From Escherichia coli (GTDB lineage Bacteria; Pseudomonadota; Gammaproteobacteria; Enterobacterales; Enterobacteriaceae): DNA of 64,000 nucleotides. The stretch is from assembly GCF_003018115.1 (NCBI RefSeq), contig NZ_CP027457.1, one strand, 5' to 3'. The notes below the pieces were generated by a model. That model was not told the DNA's origin, made no database searches, and worked only from the letters and a program-made list of their open reading frames with translations. Of this stretch, positions 35,576 to 44,922 are shown in pieces; the first letter of the stretch is position 1; the number at the start of each line of letters is the position of its first letter. Position numbers and translations under genes: made by a program.

Positions 35576-36853
35576 ATGAAAACCAAAGTTGCTGCTATTT
35601 ATGGCAAGCGGGATGTCCGTCTGCGCGAATTTGAACTACCAGAAATTACCGATAATGAATTACTGGTGAGTGTGATTTCTGACAGCGTCTGTTTATCCAC
35701 CTGGAAAGCGGCGTTACTCGGTAGTGAACATAAACGCGTACCCGACGATTTAGAAAATCATCCGGTCATTACCGGGCATGAATGTGCCGGGGTTATTGTC
35801 GAAGTGGGTAAAAATCTCACTGGCAAATATAAAAAAGGCCAGCGTTTTGTATTGCAACCGGCGATGGGATTACCAAGCGGATATTCAGCGGGCTACAGCT
35901 ACGAATATTTTGGCGGCAATGCCACTTATATGATTATTCCCGAAATCGCCATTAATTTGGGCTGCGTATTACCGTATCACGGCTCTTATTTTGCTGCGGC
36001 GTCGCTGGCAGAGCCTATGTGCTGCATTATTGGTGCTTATCATGCCAATTATCACACCACGCAATATGTTTATGAGCATCGCATGGGCGTCAAACCTGGC
36101 GGCAATATTGCGCTACTGGCGTGTGCAGGTCCGATGGGCATTGGCGCTATAGATTACGCCATTAACGGCGGCATACAACCGTCGCGGGTGGTGGTGGTCG
36201 ATATCGACGACACACGTCTGGCGCAGGTACAGAAGCTGCTGCCGGTGGAACTGGCGGCCAGTAAAGGCATTGAGCTGGTGTATGTGAATACCAAAGGGAT
36301 GAGCGATCCTGTCCAGATGCTGCGGGCGCTGACAGGAGATGCCGGGTTCGATGACATTTTTGTTTATGCGGCGGTGCCTGCTGTCGTTGAGATGGCTGAT
36401 GAATTACTGGCGGAAGATGGCTGTCTGAACTTCTTTGCCGGGCCGACGGATAAAAACTTCAAAGTGCCGTTTAATTTCTACAACGTTCATTACAACAGCA
36501 CGCACGTCGTCGGTACATCCGGCGGTTCAACGGACGACATGAAAGAGGCGATTGCCCTTAGCGCCACTGGGCAGTTACAGCCGTCGTTTATGGTGACCCA
36601 TATCGGTGGCCTGGATGCGGTGCCAGAAACCGTGCTCAATCTGCCGGATATCCCTGGCGGTAAAAAACTCATTTATAACGGCGTGACCATGCCGCTCACT
36701 GCCATTGCCGATTTTGCCGAAAAAGGCAAAACCGATCCGCTGTTTAAAGAGTTGGCGCGGCTGGTTGAGAAAACGCACGGCATCTGGAATGAACAGGCCG
36801 AGAAATATCTGCTGGCACAATTTGGCGTTGATATCGGGGAGGCCGCGCAATGA
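35576..36853 (+). CDS. yggP: Zinc-type alcohol dehydrogenase-like (MDR) protein YggP
   Basis: 425 aa, MDR family (GHECAG zinc-ligand region, Rossmann fold). Confidence 0.9.
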   Translation: MKTKVAAIYGKRDVRLREFELPEITDNELLVSVISDSVCLSTWKAALLGSEHKRVPDDLENHPVITGHECAGVIVEVGKNLTGKYKKGQRFVLQPAMGLPSGYSAGYSYEYFGGNATYMIIPEIAINLGCVLPYHGSYFAAASLAEPMCCIIGAYHANYHTTQYVYEHRMGVKPGGNIALLACAGPMGIGAIDYAINGGIQPSRVVVVDIDDTRLAQVQKLLPVELAASKGIELVYVNTKGMSDPVQMLRALTGDAGFDDIFVYAAVPAVVEMADELLAEDGCLNFFAGPTDKNFKVPFNFYNVHYNSTHVVGTSGGSTDDMKEAIALSATGQLQPSFMVTHIGGLDAVPETVLNLPDIPGGKKLIYNGVTMPLTAIADFAEKGKTDPLFKELARLVEKTHGIWNEQAEKYLLAQFGVDIGEAAQ

Positions 36854-37815
36854 TGTCCCTGGCGTGGCCATTATTTCGCGTTACGGAACAGGCAGCGTTG
36901 GCTGCCTGGCCGCAAACCGGATGTGGCGACAAAAATAAAATTGATGGCCTGGCGGTCACCGCGATGCGCCAGGCATTAAACGAAGTCGCTTTTCGTGGAC
37001 GAGTGGTTATCGGCGAAGGAGAAATTGACCATGCGCCGATGCTGTGGATTGGAGAAGAGGTGGGCAAAGGCGATGGGCCAGAAGTCGATATCGCGGTTGA
37101 TCCCATTGAAGGCACGCGGATGGTGGCGATGGGGCAGAGCAATGCGCTGGCGGTCATGGCTTTCGCCCCTCGAGATAGCCTGTTACATGCGCCCGATATG
37201 TATATGAAAAAGCTGGTTGTTAATCGACTGGCTGCCGGGGCGATTGATCTGTCTTTGCCTCTGGCGGACAACTTGCGTAACGTGGCGCGGGCGTTAGGTA
37301 AACCGCTGGACAAGCTGCGCATGGTTACGCTGGATAAACCGCGTCTGAGTGCCGCGATTGAAGAAGCAACACAGCTGGGCGTGAAGGTTTTTGCCCTGCC
37401 GGATGGCGATGTCGCCGCCAGCGTGCTGACCTGCTGGCAGGATAATCCTTACGATGTGATGTACACCATCGGCGGTGCGCCGGAAGGCGTGATTTCTGCC
37501 TGTGCCGTTAAAGCATTAGGCGGGGATATGCAGGCCGAGCTGATTGACTTTTGTCAGGCTAAAGGGGATTACACGGAAAATCGGCAGATTGCAGAGCAGG
37601 AGCGCAAGCGTTGCAAGGCAATGGGCGTTGACGTTAACCGTGTGTACTCGCTCGATGAACTGGTGAGGGGGAACGATATCCTCTTTAGCGCTACGGGCGT
37701 GACGGGCGGTGAGCTGGTGAACGGTATCCAACAGACGGCGAATGGGGTGCGGACGCAGACATTACTGATCGGCGGCGCGGACCAAACGTGTAATATAATA
37801 GACTCCCTGCATTGA
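36850..37815 (+). CDS. yggF: Class II fructose-1,6-bisphosphatase (GlpX paralogue) YggF
   Basis: 321 aa GlpX-family; start overlaps yggP stop. Confidence 0.92.
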   Translation: MMSLAWPLFRVTEQAALAAWPQTGCGDKNKIDGLAVTAMRQALNEVAFRGRVVIGEGEIDHAPMLWIGEEVGKGDGPEVDIAVDPIEGTRMVAMGQSNALAVMAFAPRDSLLHAPDMYMKKLVVNRLAAGAIDLSLPLADNLRNVARALGKPLDKLRMVTLDKPRLSAAIEEATQLGVKVFALPDGDVAASVLTCWQDNPYDVMYTIGGAPEGVISACAVKALGGDMQAELIDFCQAKGDYTENRQIAEQERKRCKAMGVDVNRVYSLDELVRGNDILFSATGVTGGELVNGIQQTANGVRTQTLLIGGADQTCNIIDSLH

Positions 37816-37836
37816 TGGTGATCTATCGGAAGACCA

Positions 37837-38346
37837 ATGGCGACGCTGACAGAAGATGATGTGCTTGAGCAACTGGATGCACAGGACAATTTATTTTCAT
37901 TTATGAAAACGGCGCATTCTATTTTGCTCCAGGGGATACGCCAGTTTCTACCGTCGCTGTTTGTCGATAACGATGAAGAGATCGTCGAATATGCAGTGAA
38001 GCCGTTACTCGCCCAAAGCGGCCCGCTTGACGATATTGATGTTGCGCTGCGTTTGATTTATGCGCTGGGGAAAATGGATAAATGGCTGTACGCCGATATC
38101 ACGCACTTTTCCCAGTTCTGGCATTACCTGAACGAACAGGATGAAATGCCCGGATTTGCCGATGACATGACCTGGGATTTTATCAGCAACGTCAATAGCA
38201 TAACCCGCAATGCGACGCTCTATGACGCGTTGAAAGCGATGAAGTTCGCCGATTTCGCCGTCTGGTCAGAGGCGCGTTTTAGCGGGATGGTCAAAACGGC
38301 GCTGACGCTGGCAGTAACGACAACCTTAAAGGAATTAACGCCGTGA
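37837..38346 (+). CDS. yggD: MtlR-like regulatory protein YggD
   Basis: 169 aa, MtlR-family. Confidence 0.88.
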   Translation: MATLTEDDVLEQLDAQDNLFSFMKTAHSILLQGIRQFLPSLFVDNDEEIVEYAVKPLLAQSGPLDDIDVALRLIYALGKMDKWLYADITHFSQFWHYLNEQDEMPGFADDMTWDFISNVNSITRNATLYDALKAMKFADFAVWSEARFSGMVKTALTLAVTTTLKELTP

Positions 38347-39056
38347 AAATTGAATTAACGGTGAATGGTCTGAAGGTACAGGCACAGTACCATGATGATG
38401 AGATAGAAAATGTACATAAACCGTTGCTGCGCATGTTGGCGGCCTTACAGACGGTAAATCCGCAGCGGCGTACGGTAGTTTTTCTTTGCGCTCCGCCGGG
38501 GACGGGGAAATCTACCCTAACCACCTTCTGGGAATATCTCGCACAACAAGACCCGGAACTACCCGCTATTCAGACGCTCCCGATGGATGGTTTTCACCAT
38601 TACAATAGCTGGCTGGATGCGCATCAATTGCGCCCCTTCAAAGGCGCACCAGAGACATTTGACGTTGCGAAACTGGCGGAAAATCTGCGCCAGGTAATGG
38701 AAGGGGATTGTACGTGGCCACAGTACGATCGACAAAAGCATGATCCTGTTGAAGATGCGTTGCACGTTACCGCACCACTCGTCATCGTCGAAGGAAACTG
38801 GTTGTTGCTGGACGACGAGAAGTGGTGCCAGCTTGCGCAATTTTGTGATTTCTCGATCTTTATCAACGCGCCAGCTACTGCGTTGCGGGAACGACTGGTG
38901 GGGCGCAAGCTGGCGGGAGGGTTATCGCTGGCAGACGCAGAAGCCTTTTATGACCGTACCGATGGGCCGAATGTTCGCCGGGTGCTGGAAGAGAGTCTGC
39001 CTGCACATTTGACCTTAATAATGACCGCTACGGGTGAATATCGTCTGGTGGATTAA
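38343..39056 (+). CDS. yggC: P-loop NTPase/kinase-like protein YggC
   Basis: 237 aa, Walker A (APPGTGKST). Confidence 0.9.
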   Translation: MKIELTVNGLKVQAQYHDDEIENVHKPLLRMLAALQTVNPQRRTVVFLCAPPGTGKSTLTTFWEYLAQQDPELPAIQTLPMDGFHHYNSWLDAHQLRPFKGAPETFDVAKLAENLRQVMEGDCTWPQYDRQKHDPVEDALHVTAPLVIVEGNWLLLDDEKWCQLAQFCDFSIFINAPATALRERLVGRKLAGGLSLADAEAFYDRTDGPNVRRVLEESLPAHLTLIMTATGEYRLVD

Positions 39057-39705
39057 CGTTCCTGATTACACCATCTTCCAGTCGCACCACCCGAGAGAAA
39101 TGACGCCGGGTAAATGCGGCGTCATGACTGATTGCTACGACGCTCGTGCCTCGCTGGCGGCACTTTTCCAGCCAGCTTTCAAACACGCTCATCCAATTTT
39201 CGTCAAAATCCCGACTCGGCTCGTCCAGCAGCAATAGCGGCGGAGAGAGTGCTTCCAGGCAGGCGACGGCGACCATCCGTCGCTGCGCACTATGCAGATC
39301 TAACGGATGCGCGCTGGCAGTGTCTGCTAACTGACAGCATTGCAGGGCAGCATGGGTACGTTGAGTGATTTCATCCGCCGGGCATTTTTGCAGTTTCAAA
39401 CCAAATGCGATCTCGTCGGCGACGGTGCTGTGAAAAAGCTGGTTTTCCGCTTCCTGAAACAGTACGCCAATCTTTGCTGCACGTTGGCGGTTTTTCAGGT
39501 TTTTCATCGCCTGTTGTTGCAATATAACCGTACCGGTTGTGGGCGTAAGAAGACCTGCCATTACTCGTAACAGCGTCGATTTTCCCGCGCCATTGTCGCC
39601 GGTCAGCGCCAACCATTCACCTTGTTTGAGTTGCAGAGAAATGTCGCAAAGACAATCCGTTGCCGCGCCAGGCCAGCGATAAGTTATCTGATTTAACGTT
39701 AGCAT
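39028..39705 (-). CDS. ECF/ABC transporter ATPase subunit 2 (EcfA'-like) with degenerate signature motif
   Basis: 225 aa; Walker A GDNGAGKST, Walker B LLLLDEPS, LSGGQ replaced by LHSAQRR; 3' end overlaps yggC 3' end by 29 bp (convergent). Confidence 0.85.
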   Translation of the reverse strand: MLTLNQITYRWPGAATDCLCDISLQLKQGEWLALTGDNGAGKSTLLRVMAGLLTPTTGTVILQQQAMKNLKNRQRAAKIGVLFQEAENQLFHSTVADEIAFGLKLQKCPADEITQRTHAALQCCQLADTASAHPLDLHSAQRRMVAVACLEALSPPLLLLDEPSRDFDENWMSVFESWLEKCRQRGTSVVAISHDAAFTRRHFSRVVRLEDGVIRNVNPPDDIHP

Positions 39706-40376
39706 AGTGGCTGGAGCGCTCCGTTTTGCAATTGCCAGGCTTGCTGGCAGTAGTTCAGGAAAGGTGTGCGATGACGTTCAAAAAGAATAATCAGCGAACC
39801 ACGTTCAAGCGCCCAGTGTTGTAAGCGCTGCAACAGCATTTCGCTGGCCTGCGGCGTCAGGCGACTAAAGGCTTCATCAAGTATTAAGAGCTTTGGCTGC
39901 ATCGCGATGGCGCAGGCGATGACCACGCGCTGTGTCTCTCCACCGGAGAGTGTTGCCGGGTGACGATGGCGCAACGGCTGGCACTCGGTCAGAGTCAGGG
40001 CGGCATCAATCCGCGCCATAATCTCTTCTTCAGCAAGACACAGATTTTCTGGCCCAAAGGCAACTTCTTCTTCCACGCTAAAGGTACAGCCGGAGAGCTG
40101 CAAATAGGGCGATTGCTGAACGAGCTGGATGGTGGCGGATTGTTCATTAAGCGGGAGATGCCCAATGGGCGTACCGAGAAGCGTCCCCGTGCCGGTTATC
40201 TCTCCTGGCAGAAAGTCCGGATACCAGCCCGCCATCAGCTGTGCCAGCGTACTTTTGCCACTGCCGTTGTCACCAAAGATGGCGACCATCCCCGGTTTGA
40301 CATAGTGAAAGTCATAACAGAACGGAGGATGCGTTGAGTGTGTCGGGCAATAACGGAACTGTTCTAACGTAACCAT
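39699..40376 (-). CDS. ECF/ABC transporter ATPase subunit 1 (EcfA-like)
   Basis: Walker A GDNGSGKST, signature LSGGETQR, Walker B LLILDEA; first ATG at 40376 (GTG at 40382 also possible); overlaps flanking genes. Confidence 0.85.
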   Translation of the reverse strand: MVTLEQFRYCPTHSTHPPFCYDFHYVKPGMVAIFGDNGSGKSTLAQLMAGWYPDFLPGEITGTGTLLGTPIGHLPLNEQSATIQLVQQSPYLQLSGCTFSVEEEVAFGPENLCLAEEEIMARIDAALTLTECQPLRHRHPATLSGGETQRVVIACAIAMQPKLLILDEAFSRLTPQASEMLLQRLQHWALERGSLIILFERHRTPFLNYCQQAWQLQNGALQPLC

Positions 40377-41071
40377 ATCCACGCTCCGAATTCTGTCAGC
40401 ATCAGCAAGATCATGGTGTAACGCGCTACGCGTTGTAGGGTGCTATCGGCTGGTGCCCACAACGTTGTTCGTCGGTTGTGGATCCGAAATGCCCGCATAT
40501 CCAGCGCCGCACCACGGACAGCAAGATTGTTTAGCGCATTGTGTGTTAGCGGAATAATTAACGCGGGCATCGCACGTAAACGCTGATACCAGCCCTCATC
40601 CAGCGGCACGCCGCGGGCACGCTGCGCTTCATGAATAATCGCTAATTGCCGTTTTAACTGCTCAACGACCAATAACGGCCCGGCAAACAGATAAGCGACG
40701 CCTGGCGGCAGGCGAGAAGCAAACAGAGCGCGGATAAAACATTGCACGGGGACGTACTGCATCCACAACTGTGAGGTTGAAACAATCGCCAGAATCCGCA
40801 ACCAGAGCGTAATAGCATGCGTCCAACGCTCCGGCGAACGCGGCGTGCCGCTTAGCCATTCTGTTAGCCAGCCACCGTGTACCAGCCACAGCCCGGCTCC
40901 CAGCGAGAACATCAGCCAGACGACATATTTTGCCCGCCGCCGCGTGGCCTTTAGCGCAATAAGGCAGAAAAAGGTCGCCGCGCTATAGACTGGCAGTATT
41001 GTCTGTGTGGGCAGGATAAGCGTGGTGCAGGCCGCCAATGCCCATAGTGTTAATGAGGTAAATGGATGCAT
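40364..41071 (-). CDS. ECF transporter transmembrane T component (EcfT/CbiQ family)
   Basis: 235 aa polytopic; conserved Ala-Arg-Gly motifs (EAQRARGVP, LAVRGAAL); start codon directly abuts the S-component stop. Confidence 0.83.
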   Translation of the reverse strand: MHPFTSLTLWALAACTTLILPTQTILPVYSAATFFCLIALKATRRRAKYVVWLMFSLGAGLWLVHGGWLTEWLSGTPRSPERWTHAITLWLRILAIVSTSQLWMQYVPVQCFIRALFASRLPPGVAYLFAGPLLVVEQLKRQLAIIHEAQRARGVPLDEGWYQRLRAMPALIIPLTHNALNNLAVRGAALDMRAFRIHNRRTTLWAPADSTLQRVARYTMILLMLTEFGAWIWLR

Positions 41072-41650
41072 TTAGCGCACGGCAGCCATTGCCGGAAAAT
41101 GGCGCGTGGTGCGAATCGGCAGCTGGCGCAGTAAAAGCCAGACAATCACCGCTGTAAGAGTTTTATCGACCAGGTTCGCGCCTATCACCGTAATCGCCAC
41201 CGACTCCACCAGGTTTTGCCCCATCGAGTGCATCCAGGCAACGAACAAATCGGCTCCGCTACCGGTGACACCGCCGAACAGCGCAGTACGCAGCGGTACA
41301 GCGACGACCGTTACCGCAAGCGTAATAATCACGCCGCTGACAACGACTTTTGGCAGGGTGCGAAACCAACCCGCTCGCGCCAGCCAACCGGCGACCAGGC
41401 CGATGACCATCGCGACGGGTGCAAATGCGGCGGCGATCGGGTCGGTCAGCAATCCCCAGAGTAAATTGGTCAGTAAGCCGGTCAGCATTCCGATCACCGG
41501 ACCAAGCAGTACCGCGCTAATAAGTGTGCCGATGGAGTCGAGAAATATAGGTAATTTGACCATGCTGGCCAGTTGCCCGCCGATCATATTGATGGCGATA
41601 GATATAACGATCAACACCAGTGCCTGACTGGAAAAGTGGCTACGCGCCAT
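41072..41650 (-). CDS. ECF transporter substrate-specific S component (substrate unknown)
   Basis: 192 aa from MARSHFSS, ~6 TM segments, GAGAGG RBS 7 nt upstream; S-component-like small integral membrane protein. Confidence 0.75.
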   Translation of the reverse strand: MARSHFSSQALVLIVISIAINMIGGQLASMVKLPIFLDSIGTLISAVLLGPVIGMLTGLLTNLLWGLLTDPIAAAFAPVAMVIGLVAGWLARAGWFRTLPKVVVSGVIITLAVTVVAVPLRTALFGGVTGSGADLFVAWMHSMGQNLVESVAITVIGANLVDKTLTAVIVWLLLRQLPIRTTRHFPAMAAVR

Positions 41651-41672
41651 AAGAAAACCTCTCTGAAAGTAG

Positions 41673-42104
41673 TTATTTAACGGGGGAAATATGCAACTCG
41701 TCGTAACCAGAAAGCGCGCAAGGTTGGCGGCTAAACGCCAGTTCCTCAAGGCTACCGATCACCAGTTCAAGCGTGGTCCGCACGGTACAGCCGGGCATCA
41801 TATGACCGCCAAGCATCGTGCCGTGTGGATCGGAAACGCAGAGATGAAGATGCTCACCACTCTGTTCCAACGTGCCGTTTAGTGAGATCACTTCGAATGT
41901 ACCGTTCAGGAGCGTGGTGCCTTCTTGCCCGGCATAGCGCAAGGCGATGTCAGTCAGGCTACCGGTACAGCCTGCAATCCAGGCGGCATGAAGTTGCTGC
42001 TGCTGTGCAAAAGCGTGTAGCTGGGAAAAAACTTCCTGCCCGGGGAGGAGGCGCAGTGCGTAAAAGCGTGCGGAGGAAGAATATGGGTAGGGCAATGTCA
42101 TCAT
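41673..42104 (-). CDS. PPC/DUF296 domain protein, first gene of the ECF operon
   Basis: 143 aa; recognised as PPC (DUF296) from memory; GGAG RBS 7 nt upstream of MMTLPYPY. Confidence 0.7.
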   Translation of the reverse strand: MMTLPYPYSSSARFYALRLLPGQEVFSQLHAFAQQQQLHAAWIAGCTGSLTDIALRYAGQEGTTLLNGTFEVISLNGTLEQSGEHLHLCVSDPHGTMLGGHMMPGCTVRTTLELVIGSLEELAFSRQPCALSGYDELHISPVK

Positions 42105-42475
42105 TGGAGTACTCCGAAACTCGGACGTATTGCGGATAATATCGACGCTGCATCAGTCATATTCTGATATAAGTCAGGGTTTGTGACGGCACAACGAAAA
42201 GATTTTGCTACGCTTATTCGTGATTCTGCAAAGTGGAATAAATTCCACAGGGGCGGGGCTGAAAACGTGACGTAAGTCAGATATTTGTTTTCTTTGACTG
42301 GACAATCATTCCTTTTATTCCACGTTTCGCTTATCCTAGCTGAAGCGTTTCAGTCGATTAAATGTTCGACAATTAACCAATCAGTCGCAGTTTGCGACAG
42401 GTAAGGTTTCCCCGGACGATTTGCTGGATTACTCTGTCTGGCAAATTTGCTCAGGGAAAACCTTGCAGGAGATCT

Positions 42476-43495
42476 ATGACCGTACGCGTAGCGATAAATG
42501 GCTTCGGTCGCATCGGGCGTAATGTGGTTCGTGCTTTGTATGAATCCGGACGCCGGGCGGAAATTACCGTGGTGGCAATCAACGAACTGGCGGATGCTGC
42601 GGGCATGGCGCATTTGTTGAAATATGACACCAGCCATGGCCGTTTTGCATGGGAAGTACGACAGGAACGCGATCAACTTTTTGTTGGTGATGACGCCATC
42701 CGCGTATTGCATGAACGTTCACTGCAATCGCTCCCCTGGCGTGAACTTGGCGTTGATGTAGTCCTCGACTGCACCGGCGTATATGGCTCCCGCGAGCATG
42801 GCGAAGCGCATATTGCCGCCGGGGCCAAAAAAGTGCTCTTTTCACATCCTGGCAGTAACGATCTCGACGCGACCGTTGTTTACGGCGTCAATCAGGATCA
42901 ACTTCGTGCGGAACACCGCATCGTTTCTAACGCTTCCTGTACCACGAATTGCATAATTCCCGTCATCAAATTGTTAGATGATGCGTACGGTATTGAGTCC
43001 GGCACTGTGACCACAATTCACTCCGCCATGCACGATCAACAGGTTATTGATGCATACCATCCTGACCTGCGTCGCACCCGGGCAGCCAGCCAGTCGATCA
43101 TTCCGGTCGATACTAAACTGGCCGCCGGTATCACACGATTTTTTCCGCAATTTAACGATCGCTTTGAAGCGATTGCGGTACGTGTGCCAACCATAAATGT
43201 GACGGCAATCGATTTAAGCGTGACGGTGAAGAAACCTGTAAAAGCCAATGAAGTCAACCTGTTGCTGCAAAAAGCAGCACAAGGTGCATTTCATGGTATA
43301 GTTGACTATACGGAATTGCCGTTGGTCTCTGTAGATTTTAACCACGATCCGCACAGTGCCATTGTCGATGGCACCCAAACCCGGGTCAGTGGCGCACACC
43401 TGATCAAAACGTTGGTCTGGTGCGATAACGAATGGGGCTTTGCTAACCGAATGCTCGACACGACGTTAGCTATGGCTACTGTTGCTTTCAGGTAA
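42476..43495 (+). CDS. epd: D-erythrose-4-phosphate dehydrogenase
   Basis: ORF 42392..43495; start set at [15 protein letters not shown] (339 aa); GAPDH family. Confidence 0.96.
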
Positions 43496-43544
43496 GACGC
43501 AAGCAGCGTCTGCAAAACTTTTAGAATCAACGAGAGGATTCACC

Positions 43545-44708
43545 ATGTCTGTAAATAAGATGACCGATCTGGATCTTGCTGGGAAACGTGTATTTATCCG
43601 TGCGGATCTGAACGTACCAGTAAAAGACGGGAAAGTAACCAGCGACGCGCGTATCCGTGCTTCTCTGCCGACCATCGAACTGGCCCTGAAACAAGGCGCA
43701 AAAGTGATGGTAACTTCCCACCTGGGTCGTCCTACCGAAGGCGAGTACAACGAAGAATTCTCTCTGCTGCCGGTTGTTAACTACCTGAAAGACAAACTGT
43801 CTAACCCGGTTCGTCTGGTTAAAGATTACCTCGACGGCGTTGACGTTGCTGAAGGTGAACTGGTTGTTCTGGAAAACGTTCGCTTCAACAAAGGCGAGAA
43901 GAAAGACGACGAAACCCTGTCCAAAAAATACGCTGCACTGTGTGACGTGTTCGTAATGGACGCATTCGGTACTGCTCACCGCGCGCAGGCTTCTACTCAC
44001 GGTATCGGTAAATTCGCTGACGTTGCATGCGCAGGCCCGCTGCTGGCAGCTGAACTGGACGCGCTGGGTAAAGCACTGAAAGAACCTGCTCGCCCGATGG
44101 TGGCTATCGTTGGTGGTTCTAAAGTATCTACCAAACTGACCGTTCTGGACTCCCTGTCTAAAATCGCTGACCAGCTGATTGTTGGTGGTGGTATCGCTAA
44201 CACCTTTATCGCGGCACAAGGCCACGATGTGGGTAAATCCCTGTACGAAGCTGACCTGGTTGACGAAGCTAAACGTCTGCTGACCACCTGCAACATCCCG
44301 GTTCCGTCTGATGTTCGCGTAGCAACCGAGTTCTCTGAAACTGCACCGGCTACCCTGAAATCTGTTAACGATGTGAAAGCTGACGAGCAGATCCTGGATA
44401 TCGGTGATGCTTCCGCTCAGGAACTGGCTGAAATCCTGAAGAATGCGAAAACCATTCTGTGGAACGGTCCGGTTGGCGTGTTCGAATTCCCGAACTTCCG
44501 CAAAGGTACTGAAATCGTGGCTAACGCTATCGCAGACAGCGAAGCGTTCTCCATCGCTGGCGGCGGCGACACTCTGGCAGCAATCGACCTGTTCGGCATT
44601 GCTGACAAAATCTCCTACATCTCCACTGGCGGCGGCGCATTCCTCGAATTCGTGGAAGGTAAAGTACTGCCTGCAGTAGCGATGCTCGAAGAGCGCGCTA
44701 AGAAGTAA
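43545..44708 (+). CDS. pgk: Phosphoglycerate kinase
   Basis: ORF 43482..44708; start set at [15 protein letters not shown] (387 aa). Confidence 0.98.
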   Translation: MSVNKMTDLDLAGKRVFIRADLNVPVKDGKVTSDARIRASLPTIELALKQGAKVMVTSHLGRPTEGEYNEEFSLLPVVNYLKDKLSNPVRLVKDYLDGVDVAEGELVVLENVRFNKGEKKDDETLSKKYAALCDVFVMDAFGTAHRAQASTHGIGKFADVACAGPLLAAELDALGKALKEPARPMVAIVGGSKVSTKLTVLDSLSKIADQLIVGGGIANTFIAAQGHDVGKSLYEADLVDEAKRLLTTCNIPVPSDVRVATEFSETAPATLKSVNDVKADEQILDIGDASAQELAEILKNAKTILWNGPVGVFEFPNFRKGTEIVANAIADSEAFSIAGGGDTLAAIDLFGIADKISYISTGGGAFLEFVEGKVLPAVAMLEERAKK

Positions 44709-44922
44709 AAAATCACAGGGCAGGGAAACCTGCCCTTGTTTCAGCGCGCTTTTAGAGCACGCATTTTTTCATACTCTAAATAATTCGAGTTGCAGGAAGG
44801 CGACAAGAGAGTGAATCCCCAGGAGCTTACATAAGTAAGTGACTGGGGTGAGCGAACGCAGACGCAGCACATGCAACTTGAAGTATGACGAGTATAAGGC
44901 CCGACGATACAGGACAAGAGAC

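Noticed and set aside
36744-37322. 192-aa minus-strand ORF
   Set aside because: Antisense to the yggP/yggF junction; Ser/Ala/Pro-rich translation without features.
39028-40382. Two ECF ATPase ORFs as a frameshifted single fused ATPase (YkoD-like)
   Set aside because: Each ORF has its own complete Walker A, Walker B and signature region and a proper start codon overlapping the upstream stop, consistent with two genuine coupled genes.
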